Positions 27,943-38,534 of a stretch of DNA of 64,000 nt are shown piece by piece. Source of the stretch: Eledone cirrhosa (taxonomy: Eukaryota); assembly GCA_964016885.1 (NCBI GenBank), contig OZ024755.1, forward strand, positions 19,220,001-19,284,000, written 5' to 3'. The translations under genes were made by a program, and so were the position numbers. The notes under the pieces were generated by a model, which saw nothing but the letters and a program-made list of their open reading frames with translations, ran no database searches and was not told the origin of the DNA. The first letter of the stretch is position 1, and each line of letters starts with the position of its first letter.

Positions 27943-28563
27943 CTCCAAGAGCACAACGGCGAGTTATTTCCCAGAGGACAAGACCAAAGGCATACACATC
28001 AATACATTTGAAGGACTCAAATAGAGAAGTGTTAAGGACATCATCAAGGACCTCTGGTGCCATGTAACGTTTTGTCCCCACCTTGGTATTGTTACCAAGA
28101 TCTAAGTTGTTTGTTGTTTGGCTGTGTATGACAGCGAGTCCAAGATCTCCAATGCAACAGGAACCATCTTTTTTCACCAAGATATTCTTGGACTTAATAT
28201 CTCGGTGCGCAATAGCAGGTTTTCCTTGTTTCCCAAGAATCTCTGAGTGCAAGTGAACCAGACCTGCAGCTGCTGAATAAGCCAGAAGCAGCATCGATTG
28301 ATGGTTTAGAACGACCTTCTGTAAGTAATCATAGAGGGAGCCATTTACATGGTAGTGCATAATCAACCAAAGTTGAGTGCAAGAATTACGACTGGTCATA
28401 TCTGATGCTAGGTATCCTAAAATATTGTCATGACGTAGCAATACGGTGTTATAAATTTCAGTTTCACGATCCCAGCTGGCTTCATCTCGGGAAGAAAAGG
28501 TTTTTACAGCTACGACTTCACCATGATAGGTTCCTTTCCACACTTCTCCATATCGACCTTTAC
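27943..28563 (-). CDS. ACVR1: ALK1/2-like receptor main kinase exon (subdomains I-IX)
   Basis: ttcag/gtaatt boundaries, 621 nt, phase 1 to 1. Contains [14 protein letters not shown]45 loop [15 protein letters not shown] (ALK1/2/Sax type), [35 protein letters not shown]. Confidence 0.97.
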
Positions 28564-28616
28564 CTGAAATGATAAAAAAAAATTATATAAATTTTAGTTA
28601 TTATTATTACTATTTA

Positions 28617-28810
28617 GGGCGGTGGATTGGCAGTATCGGTAGAGGGTCTGAGGCCATGCTTTGCAGCAAAGAGTTACGGCCCTTTATGGTCTGAGTTCAA
28701 ATCCCGCTGAGGTTAACTTTGCCTTTCATCCTTACAGGGTCAATAAAATAAAGTACCAGTAATACACTGAGATAATTGCTGGCCTTGTGCGAAAAGTAGA
28801 AACAATTATT
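28617..28810 (+). mobile_element. tRNA-derived SINE family A (Meta-SINE-like central domain), representative full copy
   Basis: A-box TGGCAGTATCGGTAGAG, B-box GAGTTCAAATCCC, central GCCTTTCATCCTTACGGGGTCGATAAAATAAAGTACCAG, (ATT)n tail. More than 25 full or partial copies, e.g. 733, 5759, 5881, 7219, 8370, 9544, 9750, 11516, 15120, 33424, 39862, 40063, 46391, 58835, 59061. Confidence 0.85.
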
Positions 28811-29184
28811 ATCATTATTTAGGAAAGGCGACAGATTGGTGGTATTGGTAGAGCATGTCGGACAACATGCTTTGCAGCATAGAGTTGCAGCCCTTTACGT
28901 TCTGAGTTCAATCAAGACATGTTTCACCTTATTAGTAAAACAGACTTCACCATAGTTGCTGAAGTAGAGATGAAAGAAGAAGAAGAAGAAGAAGAAATAG
29001 TCAATCGACTTTCGTCAAATCGGACTGAGGAAACAATGTCTTTCCAATTGCTAATACTCTCTATCGGTTGCAACATGAAATAAAGTGTCTTGCTCAAGGA
29101 TATAACGCATCGCCCGGTCCAGGGATCAAACTCACAACCGCATGATTGCGAATCCAATTTTCTTACCAGTCATCCACGCGCCTT

Positions 29185-29215
<31 letters not shown>

Positions 29216-29535
29216 TATTTACTCAGCTGTAGAAATTAGATGATAGGGACCCCAGTCCCTATCATTCCACTGCAAAGTGGTCGTGGAGGTGCTACGGCAA
29301 AAAAGCACCCAGCCCACACTGTAAAGTGGATGTGTAGGTGCCACGGAAAAAAAAAAGCACCCAGCACTCACTGTAAATGAGGTTGGTGTTAGGAAGGGCA
29401 TCCAGCTGTAGAAATCAAGCCAGAATAAATTCCTGTCCCACCCTTGCAATCAGGGAAAAGTGGACGTAAAATGACGATGATATATATCTATATATATATA
29501 TATAAGAACAAAAGATGGTTAAAGGAGTTCCATGT

Positions 29536-29604
29536 ATTTTATTATGCGCATTTCAAAAACAAACATCATCATGCAATAATATTTGTGTTTTCATCAGATA
29601 AAAC
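29536..29604 (-). ncRNA. Minimal type-I hammerhead ribozyme (left arm of fold-back)
   Basis: Minus strand GTTTTAT-CTGATGA-long stem II-GAAA-TGCGCA-TA-ATAAAAT, with palindromic ATGCGCAT stem III. Confidence 0.65.
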
Positions 29605-29722
29605 AGGAGGACATGATATGAAGGCTAAAAAACACTTGTGGATAGTGCAGTTTTAAATCAACATATCATATTAAAACTGCACTATCCACAAGTGTTTTTT
29701 AGCCTTCATATCATGTCCTCCT

Positions 29723-29791
29723 GTTTTATCTGATGAAAACACAAATATTATTGCATGATGATGTTTGTTTTTGAAATGCGCATAATAAAAT
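29723..29791 (+). ncRNA. Minimal type-I hammerhead ribozyme (right arm of fold-back)
   Basis: Exact reverse complement of 29536-29604. Confidence 0.65.
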
Positions 29792-29910
29792 ACATGGAAC
29801 TCCTTTAACCATCTTTTGTTCTTATATATTATGTATACTCCAGTCCTACAAACTGTAGAGTGCTTCTTATCCGATATCTGCATTGCTTTATTGTACTACA
29901 ATAAAACTCA

Positions 29911-29948
<38 letters not shown>

Positions 29949-30152
29949 TATAATAAGAAAATTATTGTGTACAGTGCTCAGGTGAACTACAATATATGTA
30001 TAATATATATATCAGATTAAAGTTTAAGCAAAGAATCGCTGCTTTCACCCATAATGGGATCTTCTGAAACTGAGTTTCAGAAGATCCCATTAAGGGTGAA
30101 AGCAGTGGTATAAATATACACGGGTGTGTATGATTGTGTATAGAAGATTATA

Positions 30153-30470
30153 TTAATAAAAGGAATTCCAACTTTGTCTGATTTACTCATTTTATTTACA
30201 ATCCTTTAAAATTATAATGATATTATAATGAAATAGTATGGTAGAATGTTAAGTGTTAATTGAACAAGTACTTTCATGCTTTCGCAATCTTCAGGTTCAT
30301 ATTCTGTGGTGACAGTGACAGTCAAGTTTGCAATTTTCAACTGTGACAGTTGAAAATTAACACTTAATTAGCACTTAACATTTAATATTCTACCATACTA
30401 TATCATTATAATTTTAAAGGATTGTAAATAAAACAAGTAAATCAGACAAAATTGGAATTCCTTTTATTTA
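30153..30470. mobile_element. Imperfect fold-back element enclosing a hammerhead
   Basis: TAATAAAAGGAATTCCAA...TTGGAATTCCTTTTATTA inverted arms of about 100 bp, followed by (TA)n. Confidence 0.7.
30261..30299 (-). ncRNA. Minimal type-I hammerhead ribozyme
   Basis: Minus strand TGAAC-CTGAAGA-TTGC(GAAA)GCAT-GAAA-GTAC-TT-GTTCA: perfect stem I TGAAC/GTTCA, GNRA-capped stem II, palindromic AGTACT stem III. Confidence 0.65.
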
Positions 30471-30554
30471 TATATATATATATATATATTATATATTATA
30501 TATATATATATACATATAAATAAATCCTACAGATCCATGCCTGATTCGACTTAC

Positions 30555-30654
30555 CAATCATTTCAACCATCATCACTTGTCTGGCTACGGTACTTTGAAC
30601 TAGAAAAGGCAAGCCAGATCCACTCCCAGAGGTTACTGACTGTTCATAAAGCTC
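30555..30654 (-). CDS. ACVR1: ALK1/2-like receptor GS-domain exon
   Basis: ttacag/gtaagt boundaries, 100 nt, phase 0 to 1. Reads [33 protein letters not shown](G): GS box TSGSGSG and FKBP12-binding LPF. Too short for the ORF track. Confidence 0.95.
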
Positions 30655-31143
30655 CTGTAATAATAGCAAACAAAAGTATTGTATAGTTTTGCTTTATTTC
30701 AAACATAAAAAGCATTATCTAACATTAAGAAGAGACTGGGGTGTAAAACAAGCCCTGGGTGACATTGACTAACAGAATGCTGACTGCTGGGGGTTAGAGG
30801 CATATATTTACTGCTCAGTAGAATATATATATATAGTAAAAAATTGAACGGGAACAAAACAGAGAGGCAGTACGAACAAAGGTTTATTAGTTTCACGCTC
30901 TTGAGAGTGGGGTGGTGGTTATATATATGTGTGTGTGTGTGTATGTATGTATGTTATATATATGATATTTTTATATATACTTACAGACACAAACACATGT
31001 ATACAGGTACAATTCTTCCTGTTTATATTCCATTGGTTGACATTACTGAATTCACTTCACCTCTACCTAATTTCTCATTTCAATGCTGCTGCTACCCCCC
31101 CCCCCCCCCCCCCTCAATTAAACCATTTACCACGAAAATACAA

Positions 31144-31215
<72 letters not shown>

Positions 31216-31404
31216 ATGTAAATACTAAACCCCTCTCCTTAGTTCTTATATATATATATTTTCAATTATCTAACGATACAAGGGAAGCAACTCCCTGAAA
31301 TGTTGAGCTGTACTTTTTACACTATTTCCATCCTACTCGAAACCTTGTTTATTTTGCATATTTCAAGATTATCAGTCAACGTAAAATGTCTGACGATTGC
31401 TTAA

Positions 31405-32035
31405 TTTATTAAGCAAGAAACACAAGAGTTACATTGTATTGCATCACCAGTCTGGAACACCTATCTTGCTCAGAACATTGAGCGCCTGGAAACTGTTCAG
31501 AGACGTGCAACCAAGCGAATACCCTCCATCAGACATCTACCATACTCTGAACGCCTTGCTTCCCTGGACATGGATACATTGAAGTTCCAACGTCTGGCAA
31601 CTGACTTGGTAAACACCCACAAAATTATTAACCATATTGCCAACAACAACCCTGAGCACCTTTTTGATTTCCATGTATCTAACACGTGGACATGCCCACA
31701 ACGTCAGAAAACAGCACAGTTCCCATGACTTTCGGAAACATCTTTTCACGCTCAGAGTTGCTGATGGAACAAACTATTTTCACGCTCAGAGTTGCATGAA
31801 ACAAACTACCTGCATCAGTTGTTAGCTGTCGATATACCCCATCCTTTAAAACCTCCATGCTTCCCGAGATTCGCCAACACTACACCTAATGTTCCCGCTC
31901 CATACACACACACACACACACATGTATATCATGACATTTGTATATTATTCTATGTACTATACATGCACCTTTGACGAGTTGTAGTGCACGAGTTGAGCAC
32001 TTTACACAATAATTTCATTATTATTATTATTATTT
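31405..32035 (+). mobile_element. CR1/L2-group LINE 3' fragment
   Basis: SPVWNTYLAQNIERLETVQRRATKRIPSIRHLPYSERLASL...TRGH...RKHLFTLRV, ending in (ATT)n. The 3' tail also occurs at 22140-22205. Confidence 0.8.
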
Positions 32036-32276
32036 TATTTTATAGGATGGGCTTCCACACAGCTTCTGTCTGCAAAGATATTGCTGAAACTGTTGCTATG
32101 AACTTCTTAACTGCACAGTCATACCCATGATGATGGTGCTGCTGATGGTGGTAGTGGTGGTGGTGGTGGTGGTGGTGGTGATGATGATGATGATGATGAT
32201 GGTAGTGCTGCTACTGATTATGGTGGTGGTAGCGATGATGATGGTGATGATAAAATATTGATTAAATTTGACTTAC

Positions 32277-32473
32277 CTTAAGTGAACTCTTCTCATCCTT
32301 GCTAGATTTTCGTTCACAATCTTCTAAAAGATAAGGCTCCCGTGTACCAAAATCTTCCATTCGACATTTGTGCTTCCATCGAATATAGGCAATGAATGCC
32401 AGTATTGCGACATTGAACAGAGCAATAAGTATGAGGATGCTTAGTAAAAGCACAAGTGAAGGATTCTTTACGG
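32277..32473 (-). CDS. ACVR1: ALK1/2-like receptor transmembrane/juxtamembrane exon
   Basis: cag/gtaagt boundaries, 197 nt, phase 1 to 0. Hydrophobic LVLLLSILILIALFNVAILAFIAYI followed by basic RWKHK, ending SSLK before the GS exon. Confidence 0.9.
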
Positions 32474-32929
32474 CTGCTTAATGAAAGAAACAAGAATTGT
32501 TTAGTGGAAAAATATTGAATGGTCAGAATACTAGATGATTGGTGACAAAACACATGTCATATTAGGTTAGAAGTACAAGAACAATCCCAACAAAATAGTC
32601 TGGACCCTAATCTAGATTTCTGAAAGCCCCATACTACTGCTGGATAGTCATTGACCCTCTACTGGGTTCCTCTCTAACAACCCTCCTCACCTCATGAGCC
32701 TTGTAGTAAGGAAGCCCGTTTAGTCGCTGACAAGCTGACCATATGACAGGTTGTATTGGACTACATTGTTACCACTAGCACTCGTGAATGACCTACAATA
32801 GCACTTGTGAGTGACCTGACATAAATTGTGAGTACTATACTATACAAAAACATTAAAACCATGTTGGGCACTCCACTAACCATCCATACAACTAACAACA
32901 ACACTAAACATAACATAACTATGATTTCT

Positions 32930-33400
32930 TAATTAGCCACACAGGGCTCACATTAAGGAAACATTGAAGACAGTACAGGCCTTTACAGTGTGGGTTCTTC
33001 TTTGTGTAAAATAACATTTATAAAAGAGACTAAGAAAATAAACATTTAAAACAAACATAACTTCCCCAAAGTTCAGGAGAGTCACTTGTGTAGAAATCCC
33101 ACAAAAGCCACGGTCAGCCTGTCCTTGAGGGCAAAGTGCCCTCTCCCAGTCTTTCTACTCCAATCTACAGGCGTATGCTCAAAGCGGGTCCATTCACACA
33201 GATCATGCTCCCAACACTCACCCACCTTTCAACAAACTGGTTGGAAGGCAGCACTTCCCTCTCCACCTTGATTTTCCTCTTCAAGTGAAATATGAAAAAG
33301 TTAATCAGGGCTTCGCCAAAGAGGAAGATGACTGTTTCAACCCTTTCAAACGTGTCCACCACACAACCTCTTTCGCCATGGCCACCGGGCATATAAAAAC
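32930..33400 (-). mobile_element. L1/Tx1-like LINE 3' fragment
   Basis: GEALINFFIFHLKRKIKVEREVLPSNQFVERW, homologous to 6110-6560. Confidence 0.55.
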
Positions 33401-33702
33401 TGCCTATCCTTCAAAACATAATATTTCTAATTTTGGCACAAGGCCAGGACTTAAACCAGTGCATTACTGGTACTTTATTTTATCGACCCCATAAAGATGA
33501 AAGGCAAAGCTAACCTCAGCAGGATTTGAACTCAGAACGTAAAGGACCATAACTATACTGCAAAGCATGGTGTCCGACACTCTACCAATTCTGCCAATCC
33601 AATAATGATAATTTAGAACAATGTTGGTAGTGTCAAGAAAATTACCTAGAATATTTCCCCAAGTTTGTAACAGAGTTATGTTGTTAAAGCGAAGAAAATT
33701 AC

Positions 33703-33880
33703 CTGGAGTACCTTCCTCAGTTAGTGTGAGTGTTATGTTGTTACACCAACTTTCACTGCAGCATTTTATTAAATATTTGAGACTTCGACTGGGGTTACAG
33801 CTGAGCATTTGTGGTCGCTCAGTACAACCCTTCTGGTGGATAACATCACCATTTGGTTCACGAATAACGGAAGAAAAACA
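33703..33880 (-). CDS. ACVR1: ALK1/2-like receptor extracellular Cys-rich exon
   Basis: ttgcag/gtaatt boundaries, 178 nt, phase 0 to 1. Reads CFSSVIREPNGDVIHQKGC...SC...KCCSESWCN, containing the CCx4CN cysteine box. Confidence 0.92.
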
Positions 33881-34178
33881 CTGCAAAGAATGTTAGAAAT
33901 AGATAAATTAATGAAGATTTAACCCTTTAGCATTTACATAACTCTATATTTACTATTGTATTTTAATGGTAAAGGCTTTACCTTACATAATATCTCACTT
34001 AATATCGAATCTATGAGATTTTGATATTTATTTTGAGAACAATACCTTAACGTCAGTATGAGCGGCCAGTTATGGTCGGTTTGGACAGAAAGAGGTGAGA
34101 GAAATCTGGCCGGATAAGGTTGGTTTGAATGCTAAAGGAAAATTATCTTAGCAATAAAAACTAAAACTATATACTTAC

Positions 34179-34246
34179 AACAGTGGAAGTTTTACAAATG
34201 AGATTTGGACAGTCATCACAGAAGCAGGAGATGGTCTTATTTTTAC
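34179..34246 (-). CDS. ACVR1: ALK1/2-like receptor N-terminal ectodomain exon
   Basis: tag/gtaagt boundaries, 68 nt, phase 1 to 0. Reads KNKTISCFCDDCPNLICKTSTV. With the next exon it gives the 10 ectodomain cysteines of type I receptors. Confidence 0.88.
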
Positions 34247-34743
34247 CTATATATAAAAACAAAATATAAAAAGACAATAATTAACATTGAATCTAAAATA
34301 ATATGGTACTTAGCTCAATATCTAATTTCTTCATTACAAACATATTTTTCGACAAATAAATGATACTTCTATTGACTTGCTCTAAGGTACCAAATAATGG
34401 AGGGTAGGGGTGGAATAATTTTGCTTTTTTTCTGCTGACCTAAGTTTGAGACCTGTTCTGGAGTAATTTAGGGTTGCTGGGTTTAAAAATGACAATACTT
34501 TTTTTCTATCACATCAAGTCTTTTCTTTCTGTGGGCTGGTCCATATTGGCCCCAACCATAGCTACAAGAGATATCATGATATCAATAATTATTGAACTGT
34601 GAATGGTAAAATGCTATGATAGAGAATGTGATGGCTGTAATAGATTATTGAACTGTGTAACAGATTATTGAATAGCGGATCGTAAAAGATGGAATAAATC
34701 TCAATTCAGTTTAACTACAGAAACAGACAAGTGTTGTATACAA

Positions 34744-35051
34744 CAATGGTCTCCAACCTTTTTCATACCACAGACCGGCTTCATGCTGGACAATTTTTCT
34801 GCGAACCGGTAGTTGGACATGTGTTATTTAAGTGCATTTCGATAAAGAGAGCAATAATAAAAAGAGCAATTTATTAAAGGGAAGAAAAAGTGTAAAACCT
34901 TTTGACTTTCGTAAATATTTTAAAATTAAAGTCCAATATTCACTTTATAATCTATTATATAATTTTAAACAAGTTAAATATTTCTTTGTGGCCCGGTAGC
35001 AAATGATCCATGGACTGGTACCGGTTCACAGCCCAGTGGTCAGGACCCCCG
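34744..35051. mobile_element. Non-autonomous hAT (Charlie-type) DNA transposon
   Basis: Degenerate TIRs CAATGGTCTCCAACC/GGTCAGGACCCCCG and perfect 8-bp TSD GTATACAA. Confidence 0.8.
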
Positions 35052-35221
35052 GTATACAAGGTTCTATGGTGAAAGATTCAACTGAAATTGGGTTCAATCA
35101 AGAGTTCCGGTACATTCTTCACTAATCATACTTCCTTGCTTTCTCAGATATTTCTTATTGCAGTTACATATTCTTATTGGAAACTACAAAACCTGAACAA
35201 ATGAATTCAACAATGACTTAC

Positions 35222-35380
35222 CTTTTTTCTCACTACTTAAGGAATCAACACCAAAAAGCTTAAGCTTTTGATGCCGACTTCGGCGTGAGAGTCTCCCATC
35301 CATCTTGGAGAGTCTTTCAGACTATCTAACAGAGAACCAACATTATCCATACACTTGCTGATTATTCCAAATAAGAAAGG
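35222..35380 (-). other. Candidate alternative/poison or UTR exon in the receptor gene
   Basis: tttcag acceptor and AAAG|gtaagt donor, 159 nt, phase 1 to 1, but TAA and TAG stops in the receptor frame. An internal ATG (MDGRLSRRSRHQ...) is in frame with downstream exons. Confidence 0.4.
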
Positions 35381-36167
35381 CTGAAATGTTGAAATATATA
35401 CTAAATCAATATAAATACATATGATATACTTTTTATTTTACTATATATGTATTATTAGATATTTAATATACTATTATATCATCTCTACCCACCCCCCTTA
35501 GGTCCCAGAGCCCTCCTGGACCTTCTCAAGGCTGAAATGTTGAAATATATACTAAATCAATATAAATACATATGATATACTTTTTATTTTACTATATATG
35601 TATTATTAGATATTTAATATACTATTATATCATCTCTACCCACCCCCCTTAGGTCCCAGAGCCCTCCTGGACCTTCTCAACGCTGAAATGTTGAAATATA
35701 TACTAAATAAATATAAATAAATATGATATACTTTTTATTTTACTATATATGTATTATTAGATATTTAATATACTATTATATCATCTCTACCCACCCCCCT
35801 TAGGTCCCAGAGCCCTCCTGGACCTTCTCAACGCTGGACCATCTCAAGGCTGAAATGTTGAAATATATACTAAATAAATATAAATAAATATGATATACTT
35901 TTTATTTTACTATATATGTATTATTAGATATTTAATATACTATTATATCATCTCTACCCACCCCCCTTAGGTCCCAGAGCCCTCCTGGACCTTCTCAACG
36001 CTGGACCATCTCAAGGCTGAAATGTTGAAATATATACTAAATAAATATAAATAAATATGATATACTTTTTATTTTACTATATATGTATTATTAGATATTT
36101 AATATACTATTATATCATCTCTACCCACCTCCCTTAGGCCCCAGAGCCCTCCTGGACCTTCTCAACG
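35379..36167. repeat. 151/167-bp tandem repeat, 5 copies
   Basis: CTGAAATGTTGAAAT... recurs at 35381, 35532, 35683, 35850 and 36017. Confidence 0.92.
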
Positions 36168-36339
36168 CACCCCCAGGGAAAGGGGGCAGTAACGCCCACT
36201 TTGCGAACCTTTGTTTTAGACTATAATTGGAGGAAATAAATGTTAGAAATGGTATTTTGAAAGTAAACTATTGTGGTCATCTTTATCCAATTCAATTGTT
36301 CTGTTACCAAAATCTTGGAGTAGCTTACTTCTTATTTAT

Positions 36340-37700
36340 TCTGAATAATAATAATAACTGTTTCTACTTTAGGCACAAGGCCAGCAATTACCCAGTGTAT
36401 TACTGGTACTTTATTTTAATAATAATAATAATTGTTTCTACTTTAGGCACAAGGCCAGCAATTACCCAGTGTATTACTGGTACTTTATTTTAATAATAAC
36501 TGTTTCTACTTTAGGCACAAGGCCAGCAATTACCCAGTGTATTACTGGTACTTTATTTTAATAATAACTGTTTCTGCTTTAGGCACAAGGCCAGAAATTA
36601 CCCAGTGTATTACTGGTACTTTATTTTAATAATAATAATAACAATGATTTTTACTATAAGCACAAGGCCAGAAATTTGGGGAGAAAGTCAGTTAAACCGA
36701 TCCCAATGTGTTACTGGTACTTCATTTTATCAAGTGTGTAAGGATGAAAGGCAAAGCTAACCTCGGCAGGGTTTGAATTCAGAACATAAAAAGTCGTAGC
36801 TATATACTGTCAAAGCTACTAATCCAATGCTCTACCGATTAATACTAATCCACAAAATGATAATGGTTTCTGATTCAGGTAGAAGGCCAACAGTTTTTAG
36901 GGGAGGAGAAAGTCGATTAAACCAACCCCAGTGTATTACTGGTACTTTATTTTATCGACTGTGTAAGAATGAAAGGCCAAGCTAACCTTAGTGGTATTTG
37001 AACTCAGAAAGTAGAAAATTGTAACTATATACCACAAAGCATGTTATCCAATGCTCCACCAATTTCTGCCAATCCACTGCTCTAATAATAATGGTTTCTT
37101 ATATAGGCACAAGGCCAGCAATTTTGGGGGGAGGGAAAAGTCGATGAAATTGACCCCAGTGTGTGACTGGTACTTTATTTTATCGACCCCGTAAGGATGA
37201 AAGGCAAAGTTAACCTCGGCGGGATTTGAACTCAGATCATAAAGAGCCATAACTCTATGCGACAAAGCATGGCCTAATTGTTTCTACTTTAGGCACAAGG
37301 CCAGCAATTACCCAATGCATTACTGGTACTTTATTCTATCGACCCCGGAAGGATGAAAAGCAAAGTTAACCTTTAATAATGATAATTGTTTCTACTTTTG
37401 GCACAAGGCCAGCAATTACCCAGTACATTACTGGTACTTTATTTTATCGACCCCGTAAGGATGAAAGGCAAAGTTAACCTCGGCGGGATTTGAACTCAGA
37501 CCGCAAAGGGACGTAACTATGCTGGAAAGCATGGCGTCCGACTCTACCGATACTGCCAATCCACTGATAATAATGGTTTCTGATTTAGGAACAAGGCCAA
37601 CAGTTTTTTTGGGGGGAGCAAAGTTGATTAAATGACCTCAGTGCATTACTGGTACTTTATTTTATCGACCTCGTAAGAATGAAAGGCAAAACTAACCTCA
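36340..37700 (-). mobile_element. Cluster of tandem SINE-A copies and tails
   Basis: Four tandem 3'-tail copies of about 67-74 bp (36350-36630) followed by about six co-oriented full or partial SINEs. Confidence 0.8.
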
Positions 37701-37769
37701 TAATAATAATGATGATTTAAATTGAAAAGAGAGAGAAAGAGAATTTTACAAAACAATTTAACCACTTAC

Positions 37770-37872
37770 CTTTTTCTATATGTATGTAGTAGTTAGAGTC
37801 ATTAGAAAGGAAGTCCTTCACTGCTCTGAGAGCCAGTGGTGTCCCTTATTCAAGTTATCTGCTGTGTGTTGC
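37770..37872 (-). other. Candidate non-coding/poison exon in the receptor gene
   Basis: Pyrimidine tract with tatag acceptor and AAAG|gtaagt donor, 103 nt, stops in all three frames. Confidence 0.35.
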
Positions 37873-37927
37873 CTATAAGTGAAACAAATGAAAATAAGCA
37901 TGAAATATTAAGAGTTTTGTTTTATAT

Positions 37928-37968
<41 letters not shown>

Positions 37969-38080
37969 GATATAGATATCTGCACACACGTGCAGATATA
38001 AACACACACATGCACACACAGATATAAAAACACACACACATAGATATAAAAACACACACACACACACACACATAGCTATA

Positions 38081-38123
<43 letters not shown>

Positions 38124-38534
38124 CTATATATCTCTATATATATCTATACACTCACTTTCTGCAGGTGAATCTGTGATAGAGGGGAGGTAAACAGCTGCCA
38201 ATCTCTACTAAATATACTATTCATCATATGTCACAAAGGCTAAAAGGTCTAATATAAAATATAATAATGATGAGAAAGTCGACAGTTCCCTCTCTTCTAC
38301 TCTGTCTGTCTGTCCCGCTCTCTCGATTTTTTCTTTTTTTTTAAACAACATTGTTTTTATTGAAGAGTCATTGAAAAAAAAACACAGTTATGCTATGCAC
38401 ATATTTTAAACTTGTTAGTCAAAGGTGGGAATAACTGAGATTAACTTCAAACTTATTTATATTTAAAAAAAACAACGTATCTTGTGATTCTACCAATACA
38501 CTGCCATACATCAACATTTGCTGTAATGTGTTAA

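Larger units (their letters stand above)
29500..29828. mobile_element. Perfect fold-back element with two inverted hammerheads
   Basis: Identical inverted arms of about 157 bp, 14-nt loop (29657-29670), TA-rich flanks. Single-arm relative at 53100-53275. Confidence 0.85.

Noticed and set aside
28617-28710. tRNA genes
   Set aside because: The A/B-box sequences are SINE heads continuing into SINE bodies. No complete cloverleaf was found.
29444-29883. Two ORFs on opposite strands with identical C-termini
   Set aside because: Artefact of the perfect inverted repeat.
33464-33702. Extension of the ectodomain ORF to 140 aa
   Set aside because: Read-through into intron and an in-strand SINE (…AFHLYGVDKIKYQ is SINE translation, also seen at 15024 and 37044).
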